DNA of 64,000 bases from Nitrospirota bacterium (GCA_963749655.1 CAVVOB010000030.1:1-64000); one strand, 5' to 3'; positions 9,479-21,185 are shown, counted from the stretch's first letter. The notes: a model not told the origin generated them from the letters alone. Numbers and translations: made by a program.

Positions 9479-12100
9479 ATGAAGGAGAACATGAGACGCC
9501 GTATTCCCGCTGTTCTGCTGGCGGTGCTCGTGGCGATGACCGTGCTGGGCGCATGCGGCAATCCCAACAAAAAGTCGACATCGCCCGCGACTGCGCCGGG
9601 ATTGTCATCGGCAACTGCGGTCGGCCTTGACCGGTGCACCGCATGCCATGCGACCCAGACCGCTGACTGGCTCACCACGAAGCACGCGAACCTCGACCCC
9701 GACGGCACCCTGGACAGCACGGGCAATCCGACCCTGACTGAGATTACCGGGTGCACCACGCGCTGTCACGATCCGCTCCGTGACAGCGGCAGGCTTGTTG
9801 CCGGATATACCGGCAATGTAGCCCGGCCGGTGATCGGCTGCGAATCCTGTCATGGAGGGGGCAGCCTTCACATGGACGGCGGCGGCGGCACGGGAAACAT
9901 GGGCTTTGCGGCCCTGCCGGCGGGTAAGGTCGGCCCGACCGCAGTCTCGGCCCAATTCAACACCTGTACCTCCTGCCATCAGCTTCTGGACAGCGCCGGT
10001 ACGGGCGTGGCGACTGCCGAGCATGCGACGACGGCGCCCACGGGCGCGGCTAATGTCATCACCGACACGCACTTTGCCACTCCGCTTACCTATGTTACCG
10101 GCGTATACCAGGACGTCACGGGCTATGTCATGGATTTCTCGAGCGAGAGCGTGTGCTCTGATTGCCACAACCCGCACGGCACCGCCGAGGTGAACAAGCA
10201 GTGGGCCCAATCCGCCCATGCCGACACGACCGGGTCCGCAGCCTGGGCGCACTACAACTGGTCGACAAGGCAGAATTGCCAGCGGTGCCATACCACGACA
10301 GGATATATCGCCTATAACACGGCGATCGGGAAAAAAGATGCGTCGCAGGCGTCTCTTATCAACACCGGAACGCTTGCCTCGTCGCCGGTGACATCGTCCT
10401 ACACCTGGGCGCCGGAGATGCTCGAGTGCAGAGGTTGCCATGTCGACAACAAGGGAACGCTGCGCAATCCCGGCGTCTCCTATACGGCCCCTTATGATAA
10501 CTATACCGTGTCCGGCACCACGGTCACGACCTATTCACGCGCGTCATTCGCCTATCCCGACGTGTCGGGTTCGAATGTCTGCCTGCTCTGTCATACCGGG
10601 CGTGCGAATGGAGACACGATCAAGAATCTGAACCAGGCCGGCGTGACGAGCGCGGACATGGGTAACTTCAGCTTTATCAACGACCATCACTTCACCGCCG
10701 CTGCCACGGTATTCGGGGCCGGCGGATATGAATACAGCAGCCGGTCCTATGAGGACCCCTCCTATTATGTGCACAAGAAGATCGGGACAGCCGATGTGCC
10801 GAACACAGGCAGCAACGGCCCCTGCGCCGGCTGTCATATGTCGACTGCGGAAAAACACCTGTTCTTGCCCGTGGGAACGACTACCGGCGACGTGTTCGGA
10901 ACGATCACCGCGGTAACCTCGACAATATGCGCAAACTGCCACACCTGGTCAGGGGGCGAGGCCCTGCCCATGTCCGCGGAAATGCTGGAGCGCCAGAAGA
11001 GCTACCTTGCCGATGCCTTGAGCGCAGTCGACAAGGTGATGGAGAGGGGAGACCTGTACAAGAGGCCCGCATCAACCAGCATCTACCGCGTACGGAGCCT
11101 GTCGTTGATCTCGGCAGGCACGGCAACGGTTACGAACGGGAGTGCGGTCGTTACCGGGCAGACGACGAACTGGGCGGAGACCGGCCTGGAGCCGGGAGAC
11201 CAGTTCCGCATGAGCAGCGGCGGCACGTGGTACGACATCCTGTCCGTGGATGCGGCAAACCAGATCACGCTCACTGCCGCCTACGCAGGCACAACCGTCG
11301 CGACCGGCGCTGCTTATGAAATCAGAAAGGCCGAGTCCGTCACGGTACAGAATGGAAACAATGTCGTCACCGGCATTGGGACCAACTGGGACTTCACAAC
11401 CTCTGATGGAACGGCTGCGATCTTCCCCGGCGACCAGTTCCGCGTTGATTCAGAAGGTACGTGGTACACGATCTCAACTGTGGATGCGCCCACGCAGATC
11501 ACCCTGACGACAGCTTATCTGGGGTCATCAGCCACCGTGTCGGCCTTCTCTATCCGCAATGCCGCCGGTCTGGTGTCGGTGAACAATGCAAGCACGGCGG
11601 TAACGGCGGTTGACGTGAACTGGACCGCCCTCGATGTTGCCAAGGGCGATTTCTTCCGCGTCGACACTGACGGGACCTGGTATACGCTCGCCAGCACGCC
11701 GACAGTCAGCACGTTGACGCTGACCGCGTCGTACACCGGGTCAACGGTCGCAGGCGGATCCTACACCATCATCAGGAGCACGGCCACCAGGAATTGGCTC
11801 AACCGGGGAGATGGGGACCTGACGGGGAACACGACGGGCAAGAACAACATGGGCGCCTGTCTCAACCGCGTCATGCTCGATCCCTCCCAGGAGCCGGGCG
11901 CGTTTGCCCACAACCGCTACTATGTGAAGCGGCTGCTCTACGACGCCATTGACTGGATGGATGACGGCGTCCTGAACTACTCCACGGGCGCGACGCTGAC
12001 GGCGATCAAGAACGGGTCAAATCCGGTCTGGATCAACGGGGCAATCTCTTATCTGCTGCCCTTTGGGACCTTTACCAATTCTTCTCTCGAGCGGCCTTAG
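9479..12100 (+). CDS. OmcB/OmcC-like outer-surface multiheme c-type cytochrome lipoprotein with three inserted beta-repeats
   Basis: Lipobox LGAC; 9 CxxCH + 1 CxxxCH; C-terminal NNMGA..EPGAFAHNRYYVKRLLYDAIDWMDDG resembles Geobacter OmcB; AGGAGG RBS. Confidence 0.8.
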   Translation: MKENMRRRIPAVLLAVLVAMTVLGACGNPNKKSTSPATAPGLSSATAVGLDRCTACHATQTADWLTTKHANLDPDGTLDSTGNPTLTEITGCTTRCHDPLRDSGRLVAGYTGNVARPVIGCESCHGGGSLHMDGGGGTGNMGFAALPAGKVGPTAVSAQFNTCTSCHQLLDSAGTGVATAEHATTAPTGAANVITDTHFATPLTYVTGVYQDVTGYVMDFSSESVCSDCHNPHGTAEVNKQWAQSAHADTTGSAAWAHYNWSTRQNCQRCHTTTGYIAYNTAIGKKDASQASLINTGTLASSPVTSSYTWAPEMLECRGCHVDNKGTLRNPGVSYTAPYDNYTVSGTTVTTYSRASFAYPDVSGSNVCLLCHTGRANGDTIKNLNQAGVTSADMGNFSFINDHHFTAAATVFGAGGYEYSSRSYEDPSYYVHKKIGTADVPNTGSNGPCAGCHMSTAEKHLFLPVGTTTGDVFGTITAVTSTICANCHTWSGGEALPMSAEMLERQKSYLADALSAVDKVMERGDLYKRPASTSIYRVRSLSLISAGTATVTNGSAVVTGQTTNWAETGLEPGDQFRMSSGGTWYDILSVDAANQITLTAAYAGTTVATGAAYEIRKAESVTVQNGNNVVTGIGTNWDFTTSDGTAAIFPGDQFRVDSEGTWYTISTVDAPTQITLTTAYLGSSATVSAFSIRNAAGLVSVNNASTAVTAVDVNWTALDVAKGDFFRVDTDGTWYTLASTPTVSTLTLTASYTGSTVAGGSYTIIRSTATRNWLNRGDGDLTGNTTGKNNMGACLNRVMLDPSQEPGAFAHNRYYVKRLLYDAIDWMDDGVLNYSTGATLTAIKNGSNPVWINGAISYLLPFGTFTNSSLERP

Positions 12101-12183
12101 GGGCCGATGACGCAGCGTACGGCGGTTCTCGGCAGCATCAGCCGTACGACAGAACACTATCCGATTACTGACGGGAGGTAGTC

Positions 12184-13191
12184 ATGGACAACGAAGTGCA
12201 ATGGAAAAAATGGATAGCGATGGCGGTCCTCGGCCTGTTCTTTGCGGTCGGGTGCGCGACGCTCAAGGAATCGCGGGCGATCCTGCCGATCAAGGAATAC
12301 GAAAAATTGATCGCCGGACGTCTCGACGCCGACTATATCGGCACGGATGCATGCCTCAAGGCCTGCCACAATCACGATAAGACCCGGCGCGATTTCGATC
12401 TTTCCACCATGGGCGCCCAGCTCTCGAGGGAATCGGGGCTGCCCCTGGTGAACTGCGAGAGCTGCCATGGAGCAGGAAGCCTGGCGATCGAGAACCTTAC
12501 CCCGGACAAGATAGCGGCCGATGCCCGGGCCGGAAGGAAGACCGCCTGCGACTTCAAAACATTTGTAGACATCAAAAACCTGCCTGCGCAGGCGAAGTCG
12601 CTGATCTGCCTCAAGTGTCATTCCGCGAATGCGACCTTCAACCTGCACAACTGGAACTCGAGCGTCCACAGCCTCGCCGACGTTTCGTGCTCCGACTGCC
12701 ATCCCATCCACGGGACCCACAACCTGAAGGTCCGGGCGCGGGACATGGCGGACATGTGCGACAAATGCCATCCCGACGTGCAGGCCGCGTTCAGGCTGCC
12801 CAACCACCATCCGGTGCCGGAGAAGAAGGTGTTCTGCAACGACTGCCACGACCCCCACGGCGGAACCAACGAAAAGAGCCTGAGGCGGGACACGGTCAAG
12901 GCCACCTGCACGCAGTGCCATGCGGAAAAAGAGGGCCCGTTCCTGTATGAGCATGCCGACGTCACTGAGGACTGCAGGACCTGCCATACGCCGCACGGCT
13001 CGGTCAACAACAGGCTGCTCAAGATGCGCGAACCGTTCCTGTGCCTGCAGTGCCACGCCTCGCACCGCGTCGGCAGTTCGACGAGCACGGAGACCAAGAC
13101 GGCCTACTACACACGCTGCACCGACTGTCATTCACAAATCCACGGAACGGACCTGCCGTCGACGAGCGGCAAGGGCAACTTTACGCAATAA
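12184..13191 (+). CDS. DmsE/MtrA-family decaheme cytochrome c (lipoprotein-type N-terminus)
   Basis: 9 CxxCH + 1 CxxxCH; CHAEKEGPFLYEH and CHSQIHG motifs typical of MtrA; AVGC lipobox. Confidence 0.88.
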   Translation: MDNEVQWKKWIAMAVLGLFFAVGCATLKESRAILPIKEYEKLIAGRLDADYIGTDACLKACHNHDKTRRDFDLSTMGAQLSRESGLPLVNCESCHGAGSLAIENLTPDKIAADARAGRKTACDFKTFVDIKNLPAQAKSLICLKCHSANATFNLHNWNSSVHSLADVSCSDCHPIHGTHNLKVRARDMADMCDKCHPDVQAAFRLPNHHPVPEKKVFCNDCHDPHGGTNEKSLRRDTVKATCTQCHAEKEGPFLYEHADVTEDCRTCHTPHGSVNNRLLKMREPFLCLQCHASHRVGSSTSTETKTAYYTRCTDCHSQIHGTDLPSTSGKGNFTQ

Positions 13192-13203
13192 GGAGGCTCG
13201 ACC

Positions 13204-15108
13204 ATGAAAAAGCACACATTCATTGTACTGATTATTCTGCTTTGGGCCTCGATTGCGGCGGCCCAGCAGGCTCCGGAGACCAAGACGCAGGAACCGAAGG
13301 GTGAGGTGTTCGAGGGGAACATAGGGCCGACCTACAACTGGGTGAACCTCGACGGCAGCAGCCGGGCCTCGGAGTATGAATACCTCAAAAACAGGGACAG
13401 CATCGGCACGGACCTTCACATCGAGTACGATCCGCTCCCGAATCGTTTTTCCATAGAGACGCACTACCTGAACAGCAAGGACTACTTCGGAGAGATGGAC
13501 TATGCGTACCGCGACGTGGTGCTCTTTAATTTTCTGGCCCGCGGCGTGTACCACAACCTCGATCACGTTTCTCTGGGCGTCGATGATCCCGCCACGACTT
13601 CGCCGAGCTTTACGGACCTGAACCCCGGCGACACCTATGCCATCGAGAACACCCTCCGCAAGGGATTTATCCGGTTCAAAACCCCGGACTTCCCCTTCCA
13701 TCTGTACGCGGACATGACGACCATCGACCGCACCGGCACGATACAGCAGCGCTTCCTGCGGAGCTTCACCAGCAGCCTGGACAAAGTATCGGAGTCCCGG
13801 GACATCGACTGGAGCTCGGAGGAGATCCGGACAGGCCTGAACAGTCACCTGGGGCCCGTTGAAGTCGATTACAGCCATACGGAGAAGAAATTCTCATCCA
13901 GCGGCACGGACCGGGTCCTCTCGGACATGATCGGCTCGACGACGCTCTACCACAACCTGGTGCCGGACCTGAAATCGTCCGTTGATACGATCAAGATCCA
14001 TACGTCGCTCACCGGCCGGATCGTAGCCTCGGCGAGCTATGCAGACGGCACGAAAAAGAACAGCGACAGCAATGCAAAGACCGAATACCAGAACTCGGCC
14101 GGCGACCTGACGCTCACGCCCCTGCCAGGTCTGGTGATTTCTGCAAAATACCGGCATTACGATACCGACAACAGCCACCCAGACACGATAACCATGACGA
14201 ACCTTTCGAGCCTGGTGAGCAACAACACCTTCAGTATCCGCGACTCCATTTCCTCGAAGCGCGACGTGGTGTCCGGCCTCGTCCGGTACCGCGTAACTCC
14301 GCGCCTGACGGTCAAGGGAGAATATGTGGTCGACGCGATCAGCCGGGACCTCGGGAGCGATCCGAGCCAGTGGGACGTTGCCCAGCGCACGTCCAAGTTC
14401 ACGGGCAAGCTCGGCCTCACGTACCGGATGATGAGCAAGCTGTTTCTGACTGCGGACTACAGCGCCACTCAGGTGGAAAATCCGGCTTACGCCGACGATC
14501 CCGATCACACAACCAATGCCAAGGCCACGGTAACCTGGTCGCCTCTTCAGCAGGTCATCGCGCTGGTGAGTTATGGCGATATCCAGGAGAAGCGAAGCGA
14601 CCTGACCGCGCCGACCGGCGGCGGGAACAGGAAGGTGGACCGGACCCAGACCCTCGGGAGCCTCACGTTCCTCGTGGGGAAAGGCTCTTCGATCACGGCA
14701 AGCTACATGTACTATCAGAACAAGACGAAGGAGACGCTCACCTGGACCGATGAATCGGGTAACTTCATTCTCGAGGACGGCGTCCCTTACAGCGATAAAG
14801 CCCAGGTCCTTTCCTTGTCCGGCAGCCAGGCCCTGTCCGAGGGCATTGTGGCGACAATCGACGCGAGCAAATGCTTCTCCAAGGGCAATTTCAGGGTGGA
14901 CGGGTCTGTGGCCGGAACGTCGGGCATCGACACCCTCTCGGACCTGAATGTGGTGGAGGACATTTACACGGCGGGACTGGAAGTGCAATTCAACAGGAAT
15001 ACGGGCAGCGATCTGCGCTACCAGTACCGGCAGTACGACGACCGGATCGACAACACCCAGGACGGCAGGGTGAATACGGCCATGGCCACATTTTACGTGA
15101 AGTGGTAG
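13204..15108 (+). CDS. MtrB/PioB-like outer-membrane beta-barrel porin
   Basis: Signal peptide, amphipathic beta-strand pattern, terminal aromatic (FYVKW), directly follows the decaheme gene. Confidence 0.8.
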   Translation: MKKHTFIVLIILLWASIAAAQQAPETKTQEPKGEVFEGNIGPTYNWVNLDGSSRASEYEYLKNRDSIGTDLHIEYDPLPNRFSIETHYLNSKDYFGEMDYAYRDVVLFNFLARGVYHNLDHVSLGVDDPATTSPSFTDLNPGDTYAIENTLRKGFIRFKTPDFPFHLYADMTTIDRTGTIQQRFLRSFTSSLDKVSESRDIDWSSEEIRTGLNSHLGPVEVDYSHTEKKFSSSGTDRVLSDMIGSTTLYHNLVPDLKSSVDTIKIHTSLTGRIVASASYADGTKKNSDSNAKTEYQNSAGDLTLTPLPGLVISAKYRHYDTDNSHPDTITMTNLSSLVSNNTFSIRDSISSKRDVVSGLVRYRVTPRLTVKGEYVVDAISRDLGSDPSQWDVAQRTSKFTGKLGLTYRMMSKLFLTADYSATQVENPAYADDPDHTTNAKATVTWSPLQQVIALVSYGDIQEKRSDLTAPTGGGNRKVDRTQTLGSLTFLVGKGSSITASYMYYQNKTKETLTWTDESGNFILEDGVPYSDKAQVLSLSGSQALSEGIVATIDASKCFSKGNFRVDGSVAGTSGIDTLSDLNVVEDIYTAGLEVQFNRNTGSDLRYQYRQYDDRIDNTQDGRVNTAMATFYVKW

Positions 15109-15120
15109 CGGGAGGGACGG

Positions 15121-16047
15121 ATGAATCGATCAATTCGGATGTTGATTATCGCGCTGATTCTGTTCGCTGCTCCGGCGCTCGCGGCTGACAAGACGGTGGG
15201 TGTGATCATGTCGGGGAACGTATCATACTACCAGGAGGTTCACCGGTCCTTCGTCAGCACTCTGGTAAAGGAGGGATACGACCACCGCAAGGTGGACACC
15301 CTGCTCCAGATGCCCTCGCCCGACCCGCTTTCATGGACAAACGCAGCGCGAAAGCTCGTGGTGGCCGATGTCAATGTGCTGGTCACCTACGGCGCCCCCG
15401 CGTCGCTGGCGGCGATCAGGGAGACGAAGAGCATCCCCCTCGCGTTCGCCGCGGTCTATGACCCGGCTGCGATCGGCGTCGCCGCGAAGAACGTAACGGG
15501 CATAAGCTCCAAGGTGCCGATGACAAGCCTGCTCAAGTATCTGAAGAAGCTGGTGCCCTTCACCAGGCTTGCCATTGTCTACAACGAACTGGAGCCCGAC
15601 TCGGTCAGGCAGGCCGAAGAGCTGCTCCAGCTCGAAAACCAGTATGGTTTTCAGACGGTCAAGATGAGCATCAAGAAGGCGGACGAAGCTAGGAAGCTGG
15701 TGTTCACCGGCAAGGCCGACGCGGTCTTTTTGTCCGTCAGCGCGGCGGTCAATGAAGCGCTCGAAGCGATAATCAAGAACGCCCATGCCGCCAAGGTCCC
15801 CACGATCAGCCAGATCGGCGGCACGGCCGACCAGGGCGTCATCCTGAGCCTGTCGCCCAGCGCGGCGGAGCAGGGCGAGGCGGCCGGCCGTCTTGCTGCG
15901 CGCCTGCTGCGGGGCGAGAACCCCGCCGGGATCCCCGTCGAGGTGCCCAAGATGGTCGAGCTGGTACTGAACCTGAAGGAAGCCGGGACGATCGGCGTCA
16001 AGGTCCCTTTTGATCTCATAACCGATGCGACCAGGGTGATCAAATGA
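15121..16047 (+). CDS. Periplasmic ABC-type substrate-binding protein (ABC_sub_bind family), no permease adjacent
   Basis: Signal peptide; [24 protein letters not shown] motifs; stop overlaps MCP start (ATGA). Confidence 0.85.
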   Translation: MNRSIRMLIIALILFAAPALAADKTVGVIMSGNVSYYQEVHRSFVSTLVKEGYDHRKVDTLLQMPSPDPLSWTNAARKLVVADVNVLVTYGAPASLAAIRETKSIPLAFAAVYDPAAIGVAAKNVTGISSKVPMTSLLKYLKKLVPFTRLAIVYNELEPDSVRQAEELLQLENQYGFQTVKMSIKKADEARKLVFTGKADAVFLSVSAAVNEALEAIIKNAHAAKVPTISQIGGTADQGVILSLSPSAAEQGEAAGRLAARLLRGENPAGIPVEVPKMVELVLNLKEAGTIGVKVPFDLITDATRVIK

Positions 16048-18137
16048 AGCTGTTGGAAACCATGAGCCTGAAGACGCGGGCGGTCCTCGTCACGGGCGGC
16101 ATCATCCTGCTGGTGATGCTTGTCAATACAATGGTGAACGTCTATATCGTCAAGAGCCGGTACCAGGAGGCGCTTATCGGGCGGGCGGCCGCCCTGGCCG
16201 AAGGGCTCCGGAAGGACATCAACAGGGCCGTCGGATTCGGCCTCCCGCTCAACGCGCTGGAAGGCATGGGAGACAAGCTGCGCAGCCTGGTCGAGGAGGA
16301 CCCGGATTTTTCCTATGCCATGATTATGGACACGGACGCCCGGGTGCTCTACGCCAGCGACCGGACCAAGGAAAACGAAATTCTCAAGGACAAGGCGAGC
16401 CTGACTGCGCTCTCGGCGGCGACGACAATGGTCCAGTCCTATTCCGACAGCACGGGGGGGCACTATGAACAGGCTATGCCCCTCCTGAGCGCCGATCGGA
16501 AAAAGATCGGCGTGTTCCGGATATCGATCAAGGACGCTGCGGTCAACATGCCGGTACAGCGCCTTCTGCTGTGGTCGCTGCTGATCGGCCTCATGAGTTT
16601 TGCGGTCGCCACCATGCTGGTCTACCTGTTCATGCACCGCGGCATCACCCAGCCCATCACTCATATGTCCCAGGCTGCGGCCGTCATGGCCTCGGGCGAC
16701 CTGACCCGCGAGATCACGGTGCAGGGTCAGACCGAGATCGACAACCTGAGCGGCGCCATCAACACGTTGTCGGCCAACCTGCGTGAAATGCTCGGTAAGA
16801 TACGGACCACCGGCTCCGGCCTGTCGGAAGCAATGAAGCTCATGAGCGGAGCCGCTATCAAGATGAGCGAGGGCGCCAGGGTGCAGCAGGAATCGACGGA
16901 GCAGACCGCCATGGTCGTCAACGAAATGGTTGCCTCCATCCGGGGCGTCGACGAGAACGCGCGGGACATGTCCCGCGCCGCTACGGATGCCTCTTCGTCG
17001 GCTTCGGAAATGGCCTCGTCCGTCGAGGAAGTGGCCAGGAACACGGGGGCGCTTGCATCGGCTGTCGAGGACACGGCTTCTTCCATTGAACAGATGATCG
17101 CGTCCATCAAGCAGGTGGCGGAAAACACCGACGCGCTCTCCGCGTCGGCGGAGCAGACCTCGGCGTCCATCACCGAGATGAGCGCCTCAGTCAAGGAAGT
17201 GGAGCAGCGTGCCGTGGAATCGGCCCGTCTGGCGGAGCGGGTCTCCCGGGAAGCCTCGGAGCGGGGAATGAACGCCGTGGGCGAGGCGATCAAGGGCATG
17301 CAGAACATCAAGAACGCCGTCGAGGCTACCTCCGCGGTGGTGAACCGCCTCGGGAAGCGGTCTCAGGAGATCGGACAGATCCTCAAGGTCATCGATGAAG
17401 TCACGGACCAGACCAGCCTGCTGGCCCTGAACGCGGCCATCCTGGCCGCCCAGGCGGGCGAGCACGGTAAGGGGTTCGCCGTGGTTGCCGACGAGATCAA
17501 GGATCTGGCGGAACGGACCGCCGCATCGACGCAGGAAATTTCCGGCCTCATCGCCTCGGTGCAGGAGGAGACCGCTGAAAGCGTGAAGGCCATGGCGAGG
17601 GGCATGGAGGCCGTGGAGACCGGAGAGTCCCTGGTGAACGTGGCCAGCGATGTTCTGGAGCAGGTCGCCGCAAGCTCGCGGCAGTCGGCCGAGATGGCGC
17701 GGGCCATCGAGAAAACCACGGCTGAGCAGGCCAAGGGCGTGTCGCAGATCACGGAAGCGTCGGTCAGCGTGGCAGACCAGGTAGAACAGATCGCAGGGGC
17801 GATGCAGGAGCAGCAAAGGGGCAGCAAACGGATCGCAACGGCCGCCGAGCGCATGCGTGATATCACGCGGCAGGTAAAGACCGCGACGCAGGAGCAGACC
17901 ACCGGGAGCAGGCAGATCGCAAACGCCGTCGTGTCCGTCACCGAACAGGCCGGCCAGGTCGCCAAGTCGACCTCCGAGCAGCGGCTCGGCATGCAGCAGA
18001 TCAGCGAGGCCATCGCCCGCATCCAGAAAATCACCCAGGACACGGTCGATGTTTCCATCGAAATGGACATGGCGGTGCAGACGCTCAAGTCAAAGGCCGA
18101 TTCCCTCCAGGCGGAGCTCGACGGCTTCAGGTTCTAA
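16044..18137 (+). CDS. Methyl-accepting chemotaxis protein (2 TM, HAMP, extended signalling domain)
   Basis: [37 protein letters not shown] hairpin tip. Confidence 0.95.
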   Translation: MKLLETMSLKTRAVLVTGGIILLVMLVNTMVNVYIVKSRYQEALIGRAAALAEGLRKDINRAVGFGLPLNALEGMGDKLRSLVEEDPDFSYAMIMDTDARVLYASDRTKENEILKDKASLTALSAATTMVQSYSDSTGGHYEQAMPLLSADRKKIGVFRISIKDAAVNMPVQRLLLWSLLIGLMSFAVATMLVYLFMHRGITQPITHMSQAAAVMASGDLTREITVQGQTEIDNLSGAINTLSANLREMLGKIRTTGSGLSEAMKLMSGAAIKMSEGARVQQESTEQTAMVVNEMVASIRGVDENARDMSRAATDASSSASEMASSVEEVARNTGALASAVEDTASSIEQMIASIKQVAENTDALSASAEQTSASITEMSASVKEVEQRAVESARLAERVSREASERGMNAVGEAIKGMQNIKNAVEATSAVVNRLGKRSQEIGQILKVIDEVTDQTSLLALNAAILAAQAGEHGKGFAVVADEIKDLAERTAASTQEISGLIASVQEETAESVKAMARGMEAVETGESLVNVASDVLEQVAASSRQSAEMARAIEKTTAEQAKGVSQITEASVSVADQVEQIAGAMQEQQRGSKRIATAAERMRDITRQVKTATQEQTTGSRQIANAVVSVTEQAGQVAKSTSEQRLGMQQISEAIARIQKITQDTVDVSIEMDMAVQTLKSKADSLQAELDGFRF

Positions 18138-18187
18138 GAGGCACTGCCTGCAGACCGATGAATCAAAATCAAGACCCGTAAACCTGT

Positions 18188-18269
18188 CTCACACAAAGCC
18201 ACAAAGACAGGGAGCATGAAAAAATGCACAATTCCATTCCGCTTCGTGTGCTCCACGCCTTTGTGTGAG
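18188..18269. repeat. 9-mer-type inverted repeat (CACAAAG arms)
   Basis: ctcacacaaag-ccacaaag...ggagca / tgctcc...ctttgtgtgag. Confidence 0.7.
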
Positions 18270-18389
18270 CATCGGTTTTGTTTTTGACTCAAAAAATTTA
18301 CTCAAAAATCAGGTTCTTGTTTGCAAAGCACTCTGAGGCAGAAGCAAGTGGTACATGACGGAACCGGGAAGATAAGCGAGGGAGACACT

Positions 18390-21185
18390 GTGATTATCGG
18401 CGTACGACAACGGCTCATCATCCTGATTTTTACGGGCATCTTCCTGACTATGGGGGCGACCGGGGTCTATCGCTATTTCGCGGAGGAACGGGGCATCGAG
18501 GCCTACGCCCGCAGCCAGGGCGAGCAGTCCTGCAAGCTCATGGCCGAGCTTGCGGTTCCGTATCTGATAACATCAGATTACAGCGGGCTGCATGCAATGG
18601 TCCAGAACTTCATTCATACGCCCGATGCCCAGGAAGTCACCATCACTGACTACGAAGGACGCAAACTGGTGCAGAGCGCAAAATCGTCCCTGTCCGAGCA
18701 GCGTATCGGGATCGGCCCCCTGCCGATCGCCTCGGACGCTACGCGGCTCGGCGAGATCCGGATTTCCGTCTACCCGGCCGACATGAAGAGCAGACTTCGG
18801 TCATTCGCAGCAGCGGCCGTTTTTGAAAACATCCTTACTTTTCTCATTCTGTCCATCATCCTCTATTTATCATTGACCCGGACGATTACGGCACCGATCA
18901 AGGAGCTGGGGAGCACGCTGAAGAACGTTATCGACCGGAAGGATTTCACGCTCCGCGTCTCGGAACACCGCGGCGACGAGGTAGGCGAGCTCGCTTCGGG
19001 GGTGAACTACCTCATCGAGCGCCTGGAGCAGTTCGTCGTGGAAATGGGCGCCATTTCTTCACGGATCAGCGAGTTGAACCCGGCGATCGCCGCGGACACG
19101 TCGGTGGTCAGGCACAACGCCGAAACGGAGGCGGAAGCCGTTGCGAACGTGTCGGCGTCGGTGACCCAGATGTCGACGTCCATCCAGTCCATTGCAGAAA
19201 GCGCGGAAAGCCTGACGGTCTCGGCAGAAGAGACCTCGTCGGCCATTTTGGAAATGAATGCATCAAACCAGGAAGTGGCCCGGCACACCGCCGAGCTGAC
19301 CTCCTCGGTCGAGGACGTGACCACGTCGGTCACCGAGATGATCGCTTCTATCCGCGAAGTTGCCGGACACGTGGACAGTCTCTCTTCCGCTGCCGAAGAG
19401 ACTTCGGCATCGGCAATCGAGATCGAGGCGACAGTGCGGGAAGTCGAGAAGGCGGCGATCGAGTCGAGCAAACTTTCGCTGAAGGTATCGGCCGAGGCAA
19501 GGGACAGCGGCGTCCGGTCGATCCACGAGACCGCCAAGGCCATCACGACGATCAAGGAAGCGGTGGAGCGGTACTCCGATCTCGTCACGAGGCTCGGGAA
19601 GCGTTCGGAGGAGATCGGCAAGATCCTCGGCGTGATCGTCGAGGTGACGGAGCGGACGAACCTTCTCGCGCTGAACGCGTCGATCCTTGCGGCCCAGGCG
19701 GGCGAGCACGGCAGGGGATTCGCCGTGGTGGCGGAAGAGATCAAGGCGCTGGCCGACCGGACCTCGGGATCGGCGCAGGACATCGCGAAGCTGATCACCG
19801 CGGTCCAGAAGGAGGCCAAGGACGCCGTCGCGGCGCTGGCCGGAAGCATCACGGCCGTTGACGAGGGCGTGCTCCGTTCCCAGCAGGCCAATGCCGCACT
19901 CGACAAGATCCTGGAGAGTTCGGCGCGCTCGGCGGAGATGGCCTCCATGATCGAGCGGGCCATGACCGAGCAGGCCCGGGGGATCAGGCAGGTCAGCGAG
20001 GCCGTTGTGAACGTGAAGCAGATGACCGGCGAGATCGCCCAGGCGACCGAGGCCCAGAGCAAGGGCACCGAAATGATCCTTCGCGCCGCGGAGGACATGC
20101 GCGATATATCGCGGCGCGTCAAGATCGCCATGGCCGAGCAGGGGCGGGGAGGACAGCAGATCGCCGTCGCCGCCGACAACGTCACGATGCGGGCGGGTAG
20201 AATCGCCTCGGCCACAAAGGAGCAGCGCCTGGCGATCCAGAGGATCCTCGAGACGCTGCAGCGCATAGAGGACTTCCCGCGGCAGAACGAGAAGCGCATG
20301 GAAAGCATGGGGCTGGCGGTCAAAACGCTCGGGGAACAGTCCGACCTGCTCAGCCAGGAAATCGTCACGATGACGGTCGGCAAGGGACGCCGAGCCCGAA
20401 CCAGCGGCACCTTGCGCATGGGCGTTGTCCCGCTCGATTCACCGGCCGAAATGCACCGCCGGTTTTCCCCGCTGGCCGATTATCTCGGCCGGTCGCTGGG
20501 CAAGCGGGTGGAGCTTTCGATCGCTGTTGATTTTGAACAGACCATCAAAGAGCTCGCGGACGGAGCCACGGACCTGGCTTTCCTGACCCCGACCACCTAC
20601 GTCGCTGCACGACAAAAATGCGGAGCACTACTCCTGGTCAAAGCTCTCCGGAACGGAGTTCCCTATACCCATGCCGCCGTGGTCACCAGGACGGGCAGTG
20701 GAATAACGCGGCTCGAAGACCTGAAGGGAAAACGGTTTGCTTTCGGAGACCGGATGTCCACGTCCAGCCACCTGATCCCGCGTTACCTGCTGGCTCAGGC
20801 GGGGATCGGACTCCCTGAGCTGAAGACCTATGTCTATCTGGGCCATCACGACGATGTAGCGAAGGCCGTTCTGGCGGGCGAGTATGATGCCGGCGGCATG
20901 CGCGAGTCGACGGCGAAGTCCTTTGCCGATCGCGGACTTGTCGTGCTTAAATCTTCCATGGAAATCCCTGAGTTCAATATCTGCGCGTCCCGGGACCTGG
21001 ACCCGCTCACAGCGGAGAACCTGAAGCGGGCGCTCCTGGCCGCAGACCGGAAGGACCGGGAACAGGCCCGTATGCTGGAATTGCTCGATCCTGATTATAC
21101 AGGCTTCACCGCCGCCGTTGACGGAGATTATGACGGGATCAGGGGCGTCATGGAAACAGTGGGCAAGGCGGAGACCGCAGGATAG
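18390..21185 (+). CDS. MCP fused C-terminally to a PhnD-type phosphate/phosphonate-binding domain
   Basis: 2 TM, HAMP, MA tip [20 protein letters not shown]; C-terminal LRMGVVP...[20 protein letters not shown]...[10 protein letters not shown]; GTG start with GGAG RBS. Confidence 0.9.
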   Translation: MIIGVRQRLIILIFTGIFLTMGATGVYRYFAEERGIEAYARSQGEQSCKLMAELAVPYLITSDYSGLHAMVQNFIHTPDAQEVTITDYEGRKLVQSAKSSLSEQRIGIGPLPIASDATRLGEIRISVYPADMKSRLRSFAAAAVFENILTFLILSIILYLSLTRTITAPIKELGSTLKNVIDRKDFTLRVSEHRGDEVGELASGVNYLIERLEQFVVEMGAISSRISELNPAIAADTSVVRHNAETEAEAVANVSASVTQMSTSIQSIAESAESLTVSAEETSSAILEMNASNQEVARHTAELTSSVEDVTTSVTEMIASIREVAGHVDSLSSAAEETSASAIEIEATVREVEKAAIESSKLSLKVSAEARDSGVRSIHETAKAITTIKEAVERYSDLVTRLGKRSEEIGKILGVIVEVTERTNLLALNASILAAQAGEHGRGFAVVAEEIKALADRTSGSAQDIAKLITAVQKEAKDAVAALAGSITAVDEGVLRSQQANAALDKILESSARSAEMASMIERAMTEQARGIRQVSEAVVNVKQMTGEIAQATEAQSKGTEMILRAAEDMRDISRRVKIAMAEQGRGGQQIAVAADNVTMRAGRIASATKEQRLAIQRILETLQRIEDFPRQNEKRMESMGLAVKTLGEQSDLLSQEIVTMTVGKGRRARTSGTLRMGVVPLDSPAEMHRRFSPLADYLGRSLGKRVELSIAVDFEQTIKELADGATDLAFLTPTTYVAARQKCGALLLVKALRNGVPYTHAAVVTRTGSGITRLEDLKGKRFAFGDRMSTSSHLIPRYLLAQAGIGLPELKTYVYLGHHDDVAKAVLAGEYDAGGMRESTAKSFADRGLVVLKSSMEIPEFNICASRDLDPLTAENLKRALLAADRKDREQARMLELLDPDYTGFTAAVDGDYDGIRGVMETVGKAETAG

